DNA of 64,000 nt, taken from the NCBI RefSeq assembly GCF_009914755.1, contig NC_060947.1; one strand, given 5' to 3'. This DNA comes from the human T2T-CHM13v2.0 reference genome, Homo sapiens. This document shows, in pieces, positions 1 to 13,885 of this stretch (positions are counted from its first letter, which is position 1; each line of letters starts with the position of its first letter). The position numbers and the translations under genes are program-made. The notes beneath the pieces are model-generated. The model saw nothing but the letters and a program-made list of their open reading frames with translations, did not search any database and was not told the origin of the DNA.

Positions 1-626
1 CCTCATGAAGAACCTCTGCTAAAGCAGTGTGGTAGGGAAATGTGGGGTCGGCACCCACACACAGAGTCCCTACTAGGGCACCATCTAGTGGAGCTGTGAG
101 AAGAGGGTTACAGTCCTTCAGACCTTAGAATGGTAGATCCACTGACAGCTTTCACTGTGTGCCTGGAAAAGCCACAAACACTCAACACCAGCCCACGAAA
201 GCAGTTGGGAGGGATGCTGTACCCTGCCAAGTCACAGGGGCAGAGCTTTCCAAGACTATGGGAACTACCTCTTGCATCAGTGTGACCTGGATGTGAGACA
301 TGGAGTCAAAGGATATCATTTTGGAGTCTTAAGATTTGACTGCCCTGCTGGATTATAGACTTGCATGGGGCCTGTAGCCTCTTTGTTTTGGCCAATGTCT
401 CCCATTTGGAATGGCTGTATTTACTGAATGCCTGTTCCCCCATTGTATCTAGGAAGTAACGAACTTGCTTTTGATTTTACACACTCATAGGCAGAAGGGA
501 CTTGCGTTTTCATGGATGAGAATTTGGACTGTGGACTTTTGAGTTAAAACTTTGAGGGACTGTTGGGAAGGCTTGATTGTTTTTTAAATATGAGGACATG
601 AGATTTGAGAGGGGCCAGGGGTGGAA
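1..626 (+). mobile_element. THE1 (MaLR) internal region, 3' part; truncated by window start
   Basis: Colinear with the internal region at ~5933-6574 of the second THE1 copy. Ends in a polypurine tract (GAGAGGGGCCAGGGGTGGAA) directly before the LTR. Confidence 0.9.
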
Positions 627-964
627 TGATATGGTTTGGCTGTGTCCACACCCAAATCTCATCTTGAATTTCCATGTGTTGTGGGGGAACTGGGTGGAAG
701 GTAATTGAATCATGGGGGCAGGCTTTTCCCATGCTGCTCTCATGATAGTGAATAAGTACCACAAGATCTGATGGTTCTATAAGGGGGAGGTTCCTAGCAC
801 AAGCTATTCCTTTGCCTGCTGCCATCCACGTAAGATGTGATGTGCACCATGATTGTGAGGCTTCCCCAGCCATATGGAACCATAAGTCCATTAAATTTCT
901 TTCTTTTGTAAGTTGCCCAGTTTTGAGTATGTCTTTATCAGCAGTGTGAAAATGGACTAATACA
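627..964 (+). mobile_element. THE1B-like 3' LTR
   Basis: Starts TGATATGGTTTGGCTGTGTCC, contains ATTAAA, ends GGACTAATACA. Directly abuts L1 sequence on the right. Confidence 0.9.
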
Positions 965-3712
965 TGTGTTATTTGGGTTTATGTACTTGTATTATTTTAC
1001 TTAGGGTAATGGGCTCCAGTTGCATTCATTTCATAGCAAAGGACATAATTTCCTTTCTTTTATGGCTGTGTAGTATTCTACAGTGTATACATAACACACT
1101 TCCTTTATCCAGTTCATCATTGATGGGCACCTAGGTTGATTCCATGTCTTGTTATTGTGAATATTGCTGCAACGAACATGCTGTTGGCATGTGTCTTTTT
1201 GGTAGAAAAATTTATATTTCTTTGAGTATATACCCAGTAATGGGATTGCTGTGTCAAATGATAATTCCATTTTACATTCTTTGAGAAATCTCCAAGCTTC
1301 TTCACACAGTGGCTGAATTACTTTACATTCCCACCACCAGTGTATAAGCATTCCCTTTTCTCCATAGCCTCACCAGCATCTGTTGTTTTTTGTCTTTTTC
1401 ATAATAGTTGCTCTGACTGTTGTGAGATAGAGATAGTATCTTATTGTGGTTTTGATTTGCATTTTTCTGATTAGTGATATGGAGCATTTTTTCCATACCA
1501 CTGGTATGAGATGGTATCTCATTTTGGTTTTGATTTTCATTTTCTGATGATTAGTGATATGGAGCATTTGTTCATGTTTGTTGGCTACCTGTATGTCTTC
1601 TTAAGAGAAGTGTATGTTCATGTCCATTGTCTATTTTTAATGGGGTTGTTATTAGGTTTTTGCTTGTTGATTTGTTTGACTTTCTTATAGATTCTTGATA
1701 TTAGTCCTCTGATAGATTCTTGATATTAGTCCTCTGTGAGATGCATAGTTTGCAAATATTTTCTCCTATGCTGGAGTTTTTGTTTTTCCTCTGCTGATAG
1801 TTTCTTTTGTTGTGCAGAAGATCTTTAGTTTAATCAGTTCCCACTTGTGAATTTTTGTTTTTGATGTAATCACTTTTGAGAATGCAGCCATAAATTATAT
1901 CCCAAGGCCAATTTCCAGAATGGTGTTTTCTAGGTTTTCTTCTAGGATTCTTATAGTTAGAGGTTTTACATTTAAACCTTCAACTTATCTTGAGTTAATT
2001 TTTGTATGTGGTAAAAGGTATGGATCTACCATTATTCTTCTGCATGTGGCTAGCCAGCTATCTCAGCATCATTTATAACATAGGGAGTCCTTTCCCTATT
2101 GCTTAATTTTGTTGACTTTGTTGAAGATAAGATGGTTTCATGTAGGTGTGCAGCTTTATTTCTGGGTTCTCTATCCTGTTTCATTAGTCTACATGACTGT
2201 TTTTGTACTAGTATCATGCTATTTTTTTTATTGTAGCCTCATAGTGTAATTTAAAGTCAGATAATGTGATGCCTCCAGTATTTTTCTTTTAGCTTAACAT
2301 AGCTTTTGCTATTCAGGCTCTTTTTTGTACCATATGAATTTTAGAATAGTTTTTTTTTCTAGTTCTGTAAAAAATGATGTTGGTACTTTGACAGAAATAG
2401 TGTTGAATCTGTAAATTGCTTTGGGCAGTATGGCCATATTAATGTATTAAGTCTTCCAATCCATGAGCATGAAACGTTTTTCCATGTGTTTTTGTCATCT
2501 CTGATTTCTTTGAGCAGTGTTTTGTAGTTCTCTTTGCAGAGATATTTCACCTTGGTTAGATGTGTTCCTAGGTATTTTATGTTTTTGGTGGTTATTGTAA
2601 ATGAGATGACATTCTTGATTTGACCCTCAGCTTGAATGTTTTTTTGGGAAGGAGTGTAAAAATTTACTGATTTTTGCACATTGATTTTGTATCCTGAAAC
2701 TTTACCATAGTTCTTTATCAGTTCCAGGAACTTTTTGACAGAGTCTTTAGGGTTTTCTAAATATAGAATTTTGTCAACCACAAACAGTGGTAGTTTGACT
2801 CTTTTCTTTTTTTCCTATTTGGTTGACTTTTGTTTCTTTCCCTTTCCTGATTGCTCTGGCTAGCTCTTCTGATACTATGTTGTATAACAGTGGTGATAGT
2901 AGGCATTCATGTCCTGTTGCAGTTCTCAAAGGGAGTGCTTCCAGCTTTTGTCCATTTAATATGATGTTGGCCGCATGTTTGTCATAGATGGCTCTTATTG
3001 TTTTAAGGTGTGTTCCTTTGATGCCTAGTCTGTTGGATTTTTTTTTTTTTTAATGATGAAGGGATGTTGAATTTAATCAAAAGCTTTTTCTGCATCTATT
3101 GAGAAAAATAGTTTATGACAATATGGTTTTTGTTTTTAATTGTGTTTATGTAGTAAATCACATTTATTGATTTGTGTATGTTGAATCAACCTTGCAATCT
3201 CATGAATAATGCCTATTCAATCATGACAAGTTAACTTTTTGATGTGCTGTCAGATTCCATTTGTTAGTATTTTGTTGAGGATTTTCATGTCTGTGTTTAT
3301 CAAGAATATTGGCCTACAGTTTCCTTTTCTTATTGTGTCTTTGTCAGGTTTTGTTTTCAGGGTGATGCTGGTATTTTAGAAAGAGCTGCAGAGGAGCTCT
3401 TTCTCCTTGATTTTTTGGAATAGTTTCAGTAGAATTGGGACCAGCTCTTCTTTGTACTTCTGGTAGAATTGAACTGTGAATCCATTTGGTCCAGGGCTTT
3501 TTTTTTTTTTTTTTTTTTTTTTTGATTGGTAGGTTTTTTACTATTGATTCAATTTTGGAACTTGATGTTCCTCTCTTTAGGATTTCAACTTCTTCCTGAT
3601 TCAATCTTGGAAGATTGTATGTTTCCAGGAATTTGTCAGTTTCCTCTAGATCATCTAGTTCATGTGCATAGAGTTGTTCTTAATAATCCCAGAGGATCAT
3701 GTATATTTCTGT
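965..3712 (-). mobile_element. L1 (old L1PA/L1PB class), decayed 3' ORF2 region, interrupted at its 3' end by THE1
   Basis: Minus-strand ORF fragments match L1 ORF2p: [34 protein letters not shown] (2359-2781), [16 protein letters not shown] (1031-1351), MNQEEVEIL (3344-3604). Many stops and frameshifts. Confidence 0.92.
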
Positions 3713-4644
3713 GAGGAGATCTTATATTTTAAAATACTACAACCTGCTTGAAAAAAAAAATGATATAAATACAAGTTAGTTCCAACATGGATTTTAAGAG
3801 TTCACATCAAGAATGCATCATAAATTATGAGGGGTTAAAAAACTAAAAGAATAGTTTTTCAGAAGAGACCAAGAAAACAATTAAGTTGGGAAAACTTAAT
3901 GCATAAGAAAAGTTTAAAGGAATCAGGAGAAGTCTAAAACCGATTTTAAAACTGTTTTTAATATTGTAAGTACTTAATGAAACTAGGATATTTAAGATCA
4001 AGTGTACTTTATTTTCACTAGATATAGGAGAGAATGTTGAATTGAATTAAATTATAATTAAAAATTATGCTAGCTCTGAGGAATTGCTTCTTTCTAGTAA
4101 GATACACTGCTGAAAAAATATATATGGGATATCATAGAATATCCCTTGAATGTGATTAAGAGTAGAATTTTCAGCAGTGTCACAAATAACTAAAATTCAG
4201 ATTTGGAATGAAAAAGCAAACTGGATTAGAAAATTATGCTTTTGTTCCTACTCTTTGATTCCATAATAATTCTGAAAGAACATGTTAGCAAATGCCTTCA
4301 ACTTAAGTGAACTCCTTAATTTAACCTCATATTATTGGTTTTGTGTCATGTCTCAATATGTCACCAAAGCCAGCCCAGATTTTAAATTCTTATTATTACT
4401 TAATAACACCTACATTTTAATCTTAGAAATTCTTCTTCAAGGCATCACAAAGCAGAATTAAAAAAAAAAAAAAAAGAATACTTTCTGAGTATCAACCAAT
4501 ATTTTAAATGATTCTATATCATGTGCAGCCTCTTTCCTATGTAGTGTGCAAATAATGTACTTCTTTTTGGATTAAATGGACTCAGGAGTGAGCATGTACT
4601 ATCTAGAATATTGTACAAAATTGCCTTGAATATGTTATATGCAA

Positions 4645-6949
4645 TGATATGGTTTCACTGTGTCCCAACCCAAATCTCATCTTGAATTTAATGCCCATAA
4701 TTCCCAAATGCTGTGGGAGGAGGAACCTGGTGGGAGGTGACTGAATTATGGGGCAGGCCTTTCCTGTGCTGTTCTTGTGATACTGAATGAGTCTCACAAG
4801 ATCTGATGGCTTTAAAAACGGAAGTTTCCCTGCACAAGCTCTCTCTTTGCCTGCTGCCATCCCTATAAGATGTGACTTGCTCCTCCTTGCCTTCTACCAT
4901 AATTGTGAGGCCTCCCCAGCCATGTGGAACTGTAAGTCCATTAAATCCTTTCCCGTATAAATTACCCAGTCTCAGATATGTCTTTATGAGCAGCATGAAA
5001 ATGGATTGATACAGTAAATTGGTTCCAGGAGTAGGGTGCTGCTGAAAAGATACCCGAAAATGTGGAGGTGACTTTCGAGCTGGGTAACAAGCAGGGGTTG
5101 GAACAGTTGGAGGGCTCAGAAGAAGATAGGAAAATGTGGGAAAGTTTGGAACTCCCTAGAGACTTGTTGAATGGCTTTGCCCAAAATGCTGACAGCAATA
5201 TGCACAATAAAGTCCAGGCTGAGGTGGTGTCAGATGGAAATGAGGAACTGGAGCAAAAGTGACCCTTGTTATGTTTTAACAAAGAGACTGGTAGCATTTT
5301 GCCCCTTCTCTAAAGATTTGTGGAATTTTGAACTTGAGAGAGATGATTTAAGGTATCTAGCAGAAGAAATTTCTAAGTGGCAAAGCATTCAAGAGGTGAC
5401 TTGGGTGCTGTTAAAGGCACTCAGTTTTGTAAGGAAAACAGATATAAAAGTACAGAAATTTTGCAGCCTGACAATTTGATAGAAAAGAATTTACTATTTT
5501 TTGAGGAGAAATGAAAGCCAATTGTAGAAATTTGCATAACTAATTAGAAGCTGAATGTTAATCACCAAGACAGTGGGGAAAATGTCACCAGGGCATGTGA
5601 GAGGTCTTCGTGGAAGCCCCTCCCATCACAAGCCCAGAGGTCTAGGATTTAAAAATGGCTTTGTGGGCCAGGCTCAGGTCCCTGTGCTGTGTGCAGTCTA
5701 GAGAACTGGTAACTGCATCCCAGCCACTCCAGCCACAAATAAATGGGGCCAAGGTACAGCTCGAGTCATGGCTTCAAAGGGTGCAAGCTCCAAGCCTTGG
5801 CAGCTTCCATGTGATGTTGGGCCTGTGGGTGCATGGAAGTCAAGAAATGAGGTTTGGGAACCTCTGCCTAGGTTTCAGGGGATTTGTGGAAACACCTGGA
5901 TGTCTAGCAGAAGTTTGCTGCAGGGGCAGGGCCCTCATGGAGAACCTCTGCTAGGGCAATGTGGAAGGGAAATGTGAGGTCGGAGCCTGCACACAGAATC
6001 CCTACTGGGGCACCACCTAGTGGAGCTGTGAAAAGAGGGCCACTGTCCCTCAGACCCCAGAATGGTAGATCCACTGACAGCTTGCACTGCGTGCCTGGAA
6101 AATCCACAGACACTAAACAACAGCCTATGAAAGCAGCTGGGAGGGAGGGTGTACCCTGCCAAGCCACAGAGGTGGAGCTGCTGAAGATCATGGGAACCCA
6201 CTTCTTGCATCAGCATGACCCGGAAGTGAGACATGGAGTCAAAGGAGATCATTTTGGGGCTTTAAGATTTCACTGCCCTGCTGAGTTTTGGACCTCCATG
6301 GGGCCTGTAGTCTCTTTGTTTTGCCAATCTCTGCCATTTGAAATGGTTGTATTTACCCAATGACTGTACTCCCATTGTATCTAGGAAGTAACTAATTTGC
6401 CTTTGATTTTACAGGCTGATAGGCAAATGGGGCTTGCCTTGTCTCAGATGAGATGTTGGACTGTGGACTTTTGAGTTAATGCTGAAATGAGTTAAGACTT
6501 TGGGAGACTGTTGGGAAGGTATGACTGTTTTTGAAATGTTAAGACGTGAGATTTGGGATGCACCAGGGGCGGAATGATATGGTTTGGCTGTGTCTCCACC
6601 CAAATCTCATCTTTAATTGTAACTCCCACAATTCCCATATGTTGTGGGGGGAACCCAGTGGGAAGTGACTGAATTATGGGGGTGGGTCTTTCCTGCACTG
6701 TTCTCTTGGTACTGAATGAGTCTCACAAGATCTGATGGTTTTAAAAATGGGATTGTCCCTGAACAAGCTCTTTCTTTGCCTGCTGCCATCCATGTAAGAT
6801 GTGACTTGCTCGTCCTTGCTTTATGCCATGAGTGTGAGCCCCCTCCACCCCCTGCCATGTAGAACTGTATGTTCATTAAACCCTTTTCCTGTATAAATTA
6901 CCCAGTCTCAGGTATGTCGTTATTAGCAGTGTGAAAATGGACTAACACA
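4645..6949 (+). mobile_element. Full-length THE1B-like MaLR element (LTR-int-LTR)
   Basis: 5' LTR 4645-5013 (TGATATGG...GATTGATACA), ~1.56-kb internal region 5014-6574 ending in a purine tract, 3' LTR 6575-6949 (...GGACTAACACA). Flanks TGCAA/CGAAA may be a decayed 5-bp TSD. Confidence 0.93.
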
Positions 6950-7839
6950 CGAAATTTCCTCTATCTTTTAAAATGATAACTAAAGAGACTGAGCATATAC
7001 GCCACCAAGAATATGTGTGTGTGGTGGAGAAAGGGTACTTAATTAGCTTAATTAACTCTTTACAATTCGAGAATTTTGGGGAGTCCAAGTTTTGGCTAAG
7101 TAGTATATGTGGTTTCGATAGTTTTCAGTAACTTCTTATAGCCGAAATTTTATTGTTTGCTAGCTGGCAAAAGCATTATGTTTAAAAATATACAGCAACA
7201 GATTTTCATATTTTTTCATATCTTTTTAGAATGACTCACATAAGTAGCTCTGTTCTTTTGCAGATTACTTTAGTGTTCCTCGGATAGGCATCACTTAAAT
7301 GTGCAGTAGCAGATAGGACTTTTCTAAAGTCCTCTTATAATGTAATATGTCATTACTTCGATTTACCAAGCTTAACAAGTGTTTGACACCCTTCAGCTAC
7401 TAAATTGATTCAGAAAAGATAGATCAGCATAGGCATGCTCTGATTTTTTTGCTCATTCTTGATGGATTACAATTATTAACCTACAGGTGGAGTCTAGATC
7501 TTTATTTTTAGAGAAAAATCTCAACAAATAGTCAACTGAATAGAATCAGGGCAACATAGCTATTTGAGAACTACACAACTTTCAAATTAACTTCTTGTAT
7601 AGCAGCTTCAATCTTCTGTATTAGAAATTGTAATAAACTATTAAACTGAATATTTTTTATTTGTCACCACACTATTCCCAGATGGTTGATCATTCTCATG
7701 AACAGTGGAAGACCAAGAAACATCAAGCAACAGAAACTGAATTTCTGGTCAACCTATTAATTCAAAATTTAGTCCCTGATATGAGAGTGTAAAAATTCTT
7801 TTAAAGTTAAAGTGAACATTTATAATAATATACACAAAT

Positions 7840-8225
7840 ACCCCATTTTAAAGATGTGGAAATTGAGGCTGGAGAAGGATAGATTATTTGCACAAATTTC
7901 ACAAAAAAATAATGATAGAGCATGGGTTAAAACACACAGTATCGTGATTATATTTGAATCATACATGAGAGCTCAAATTACATCGCGCTTTGCCCATTCT
8001 GCCAGAAAATATTCTGGAGGTCATTATCATGCAGTAGTTAAGCCCACAAAAAGCTCTAGAGTCAGCAACTCTTTGTTAGAATCTCAGCTCTGTCACCTAC
8101 CTTTCTATCTCAACTTCAGTTTCCCCATTGATTTAACAGGAATGAAAATAGTATTTATGTCAGAGAGTTGTTGAAATGATAACATGCATACAAAAAGAGA
8201 CCCCCTGGCACATGGTAGGTGTAAC
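7840..8225. mobile_element. MIR relics (two fragments in opposite orientation)
   Basis: CCCCATTTTAAAGATGTGGAAATTGAGGCT core at ~7840, and AATCTCAGCTCTGTCAC...TTCAGTTTCCCCAT...CTGGCACATGGTAGG at ~8080-8220. Confidence 0.55.
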
Positions 8226-9587
8226 AGATACTAATGTATCATAGTGTTTCTCTTAAAATTTTGGAACAGCATAATTGTATAATTTAAAAAATCAATATTG
8301 CATATATTGAATAAATAATAACTTTATTATAGAGTTCATTAAATGGTAAAGATAAAGTCAATTACATTGTATCCATCTCAGATCATTGGGAAAATTTTCC
8401 TCACACAAATATACACTCAAGAAATACACACCAAGAATACAACCTCAGATATCAGATATTAGAGCTAAATTTTATTCACAATGCTAGGCTAAGAAATCTT
8501 TGGTTAGAAGGTTATAGAACATCAAGATTTTATTGGTAAGCACATAACCCCATTTAATTCCAGTAGACGCTCTTTTAACAGTCACAGTCAGAATCAGAGG
8601 TAAGATGGTTCATCAAAGCAATCAGATGAACAGGTAAATCATTAAGAAATGCATACATATCTCATATATGTTACATATATATGATAAATAAATACTTGAA
8701 ACAAAGAAGTGTACATTTATCTTTCATAATTTGATGTAGAATCTTTGCCTTGCCTTTGGATGTATGTTCACTGATTTTAGCACAATGCACCATATTTATT
8801 ACATACACTCTACCAATATTACATAATATGTAGTGTCCGGTTTTTGTTCCCATAAAATGGAGTGTGTTTTTAAGTGCTCTTGAAAAGTGTTCTGAGTATG
8901 GAATGCTTCTAGAGTTTTATGATACTTTTTCTGAATCTTCTGTAGTTCTCTTGCTCAGACAGTACTCTATGACAAGTCATTGCAGCATTTTGCCCTTTGT
9001 AATCTTTCTGAAAAGTTCAATTTCATCTTCTTTGAAGCAATTATTTTTATATTAACATTTCATTGGGTTATATGAGATTTTAATTAAATTAAATGGTTGC
9101 AATAGCAAATGCAGCTCATGTAAATGTATTTTAAAACAATATCTGACTTTTCTTAAGCATAAACTCGCTTTGGCTCAGAAGTGAGTGGGTATACTGTAAA
9201 GTGGCATCCTAGCTGAGGTGAGGACATAAAGCTTGTTGACTTCATCAAGTCAATGTTTTATTCACTGTGAGAATAATGAGCTTTATTTAATCGAATGAGT
9301 TGGTTAAGTAGAGGCCTGTCAAAAAAGTTTCCAATTTATTAATATTGATGCATTTGCTATATCAGAGTAGGACATCCAATTGTGGAAGATTTCACAACTT
9401 ACCATTGTATTTACAAATCTAAACTTAATTTTTGATCATTCTAATATCTCAAGAAGTTTGTTTGCAGTTTGCCCATACCTTCACAGTAACCCGACTGCTA
9501 CACGACAGCAACCCTAGCCTTTAATCAAAAGTATGAATTTTTGAATGAAACAAGTACATTTGCATAATTTTTTTAAATAGTTAAAAT

Positions 9588-9793
9588 CAGTGTACCTCAA
9601 ACTTTCATGTGCAGATCCATCATATAACATATAAATCTTATGTATGTTTTACCAAAATTAAAAAGGCAAAAAAGAAATATTAATGCTATGTCCTACTAAT
9701 ATCATTATTTTCCCTGGGAGTGTAGCCTGGAAATAATATTTTTGTAAAATTATCTATTTGATCTATGTGTATGCAAATTTTAAAAACCACTGA
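9588..9793. mobile_element. Probable MER5-like hAT MITE
   Basis: Degenerate terminal inverted repeats CAGTGTACCTCAAA ... TTTAAAAACCACTG about 200 bp apart. Confidence 0.4.
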
Positions 9794-10756
9794 TTTAAAT
9801 GGAAAACCTTAAAATGTGTTTCAATCATTCACCACTTGAGTTCCAGTGAGAACAAAAGTAAAGTTTTATCTTTGAGTCTACCGATTATTTCCGTTACAGG
9901 GTAAGAAAATGTGTTTGCTAAGTAGGCATATTCTCAAGACTTTGTTAGGCTGAATGTAACATAAAAAAGACTTCATGATAAGAAAAGCAATGAAACCTGA
10001 TTAATACAGATTGACTTAGCGAGGAGCCACAAACTTCTGGCATTCTAATTTGTTTGTAGTTGACTGCTTAACAGTATTCGATGATCAGAGAATACTTTAG
10101 TAGACAGACAGAAATGAAAATTTTCCTTTAATTACGTCAAATTCTCCCTAGACTAAATTCTGTGTTTTGTTTAACAATCAAAATGTAGGAAACAGGAGGG
10201 TGACTGGTAATGATTCAAATGGGTATTAAAGTTTCATCTACTATACATCATCATATATTTATTAATCTGAGGTTATTCATGGAACTGATATGAAAACTGA
10301 AGGACTGTGAAGTTATATTTTAGTTCACATAAATGTGTGAATTCTATTGTATATTAATATTATCTGTATTTGGATATGGATAGACAAATTATGTCGATAG
10401 AGAGAGAGATGTACCCATATTATATCCAGACTAAATGCCTTCTGAGAATATTTATTCATGTAGAAATTCATTTATCAAAACCAAATATTTATCAAAAGAA
10501 AGAATATATTCATCCGAACCATACGATTTTGATTCAAATATTAACAGCTTTATAAACTCAAGCAAGTAATTACTCATTTCTGAGCTCACTAACATCTACA
10601 GCAAAAACTTTCTATAAGAATGAAAATAATTTTGAACTCTCTGTAAGAAAGATGAGCCCATCCTGATAGCATAAGTATTAAAATGATATTTGAGCACTGT
10701 ACTGCAAAGCTGCTAAAAACAGAAAAATTACATATATAGTAGTTTGTATAATATAG

Positions 10757-11101
<345 letters not shown>

Positions 11102-12454
11102 AAGTTTATATATTATATAATATTAAATATGATCTAATATAGCACTTGGAGTATTTGGGTCTTTCTTCTTTTACTTCTGTATTATTGTTTTTGTTATTTT
11201 ATTCTGCCCCTCTTTGTCTTCCTTATTTTACCCGCATATTTTAGTTTTTGTTATTTTCTCCTACCCCTCTTTTACAAGTTACCTTGCATTCTTAGTGAAT
11301 GACTTATGTGGAATTATAATTATGTTGCCTTTTTATGGATATGTCAATATTTATAACAGTGTTTGAAGTAGACAAATACTTCTCCACTTCTCTTAAATCT
11401 GTCTTATAAATGTAACCGGTAATGACACAATCTATGCAGTATTAAATATTAATTTGGGATTATATATTAATGATAGAGAACAAATGAATTCCTTTATTGC
11501 TAAGTCAATGCAAACTAGTGAAGTGGCTTATTTTGGTGAATTACACTATGATAAACATTTTTTTGGACCACCATATCACATATCACACAGGACAACCATA
11601 TAGAAACTCATAGCAAATATTGTAGTCATGAGTATCTGTTCTAAATTTCATCCGAATTAATGTTATTTTATGAAACTATAGGAAGATGAATTCCTGTATA
11701 CTGACTTTACAAACTACATTAAGTCTGTGAAGTTGCATACCAAGTAAGCAATGTAATGGTAGAGATGTGAAAATTCTGTCAGTTGTCTTTCTAATCAGTA
11801 GTCAAATTTTGACACAAGAAATGCTATCAAATTCAAAAGGCATATTCATGGAATCCTCTCCAACTATTTAGTTAACAGAATGAGATTATGGGTTTTTTTC
11901 TTTTTATGGTACGACATACAGTGCTGTGTTTTACTTTTCTCTATTGTCTACTAAATTATTTTTCAATAATTTTTTCTGCTGAGACAGTGTATGATCTACA
12001 TGTCTTTTGAAAACCAAAGAAGGTATTTCTTTGATTTGAAATAGCGTTTAAAATACCTACATTCTTAAAAGTCAGAGCTTGTAAAGTGATTGCAGGTATT
12101 TGCGAATCAGGTGAAATTTGTGTGGTCTTTTGACTCTTGCTATATTAATAATATTTTCAATGAAAACTGTACCTACTTGCTTTGTGTGCGTATAAATTGA
12201 ATATATTGTAAAATTTAAAATAACAGTAATAGTTCCGGTGGGCTGATGTTCCATAATCTGTATCTGTACTTGTATAAAGATAATTAGTTTGAATCAATCA
12301 CTTATAGAAAAATGTCACCTCACCTGCCCATTTTAAAAAGTGGCTCACAGAAGTGAAATTAGTTACACAGCATACTAATTACAGAATGAAAAGACTGCTC
12401 AAAAATGCTAAATACAGGCCTGTAAATTAGCATATCTTCATACAGATATAAATT

Positions 12455-12625
12455 AAACATATAATAAAATTATATGTATTATAATTATATATAATTATAT
12501 GTGTAGTGTATATATACATATTTATATATAATCAGTATATATAGATATTATATATCTATATGTAAAATATATGTGTATCTAAATATGTGTCTATCTAAAT
12601 ACATATATATACACAAACATATAAA
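12455..12625. repeat. TA-rich low-complexity tract
   Basis: Degenerate (TA)n seen directly. Confidence 0.8.
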
Positions 12626-13721
12626 ATAAGTGCTAAGTCGGGTCTGGGACAATGTCATTTATTCAGCACAGTGTTCTTGGTACATAGCAAGACCTGAAAC
12701 ATACTAAATAATCAATAATATGTTTGGTTCAACGAGTGTCAGAAATGCTCTATTTTGGTGGTGTTTTAGATTTGGAAATTCTACACAAACAGGCATAGTT
12801 AGCAAAAATATTTTTTCTTTTTTTAAGTTTAAAAGATATGAACAGTACAGTACAGTGTTCCAGAAATTCTTATTGGTGAAGAATTCATGGCTTGGAAAAC
12901 TAAGTTGATGATGCAGAAGAATGTTCATTATGAAAGAAATGGGTTATAAAGAAGTCTGAGAAAAAGACTATTTAGGAAATTTGTCTTAAAAGGGTGAGAA
13001 ATGGATTAGATATGGGCATGAATGAAATACAATTTTTTCTTTCATTCTTAGGTTTGGCTTTGTTCCTTTTCACTGAGCTGGAATGAGTATCACAGGGTAA
13101 TTGTGACATATTGACCCTTAAACTTTCAACATGTTTTCATTAATTCAACAAATATTATTTAAGGTGGCATCATACCCGACACAATTTTAGCTTATCCTTT
13201 ATGTAAACCTTATGTAAACTAAATATACATTAATCTTGCACAAAAATTTTGAGAAAATATTTTGAGGAAATGTGTTAATGCATTATTTGCTTCTGCATGT
13301 ATCTTTTTCCCTAGAATATGACTGGGTTTTGATTATATATTGCCAGAAAATAGTTTCACCTATGTAAAGGATTTGTTCTTAGTGACTTTTGTTGTCAGGA
13401 AGTTTTGCATTTGTGTTAACACTTGTGTGTTTTGTGGCATCATGTTTTTATTAGTATCAGTGCTACATTCTGTGATACCTTTATGACTCCTAAATCTTTG
13501 ATTTAGATTATATAGTTCATTGCTAATCATGTCTTCTTCTCAATGTATCTCATTTAAATTATTTTAGCTAAAGGGCCAAGTGATAGCTGGGAACATTATG
13601 TGCCCATTCCTGATGGTGCCCATTTTTCAAAAGGAAGGGATTTTGAGAAAGGTCCTCAGAATTCAGTAATACTGGTATATAGTGTAATGTTGAAAGAATG
13701 TAATGATGCACTAACTTTGGC

Positions 13722-13885
13722 TTATTTATTTATTTTTAGAGACAGGGTCTCACTCTGTCTCCCAGGCTGAAGTGCAGTGGTGTGATCATGGCTCACTTTA
13801 GCCTGGAGCTCCTTGCCTCAAGCCATACTCCTGCCTTAGCCATCCAAAGCCTTGGAATTATAGGCATGAGCCACCACACATGACC
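13722..13885 (-). mobile_element. Alu monomer (FRAM/AluJ-derived)
   Basis: Single ~150-bp arm with (TTTA)n tail: GAGACAGGGTCTCACTCTG...GGCATGAGCCACCAC. Confidence 0.85.

Noticed and set aside
5062-6363. Cluster of ORFs in the THE1 internal region
   Set aside because: Short overlapping remnants in several frames of a non-autonomous MaLR; no intact protein.
13033-13102. Possible small exon (polypyrimidine-TAG ... CAGG/GTAATT); similar lone splice-like sites at ~8600, ~9900 and ~52830
   Set aside because: Splice-like motifs are frequent in AT-rich DNA, and there is no recognisable coding content or transcript evidence.
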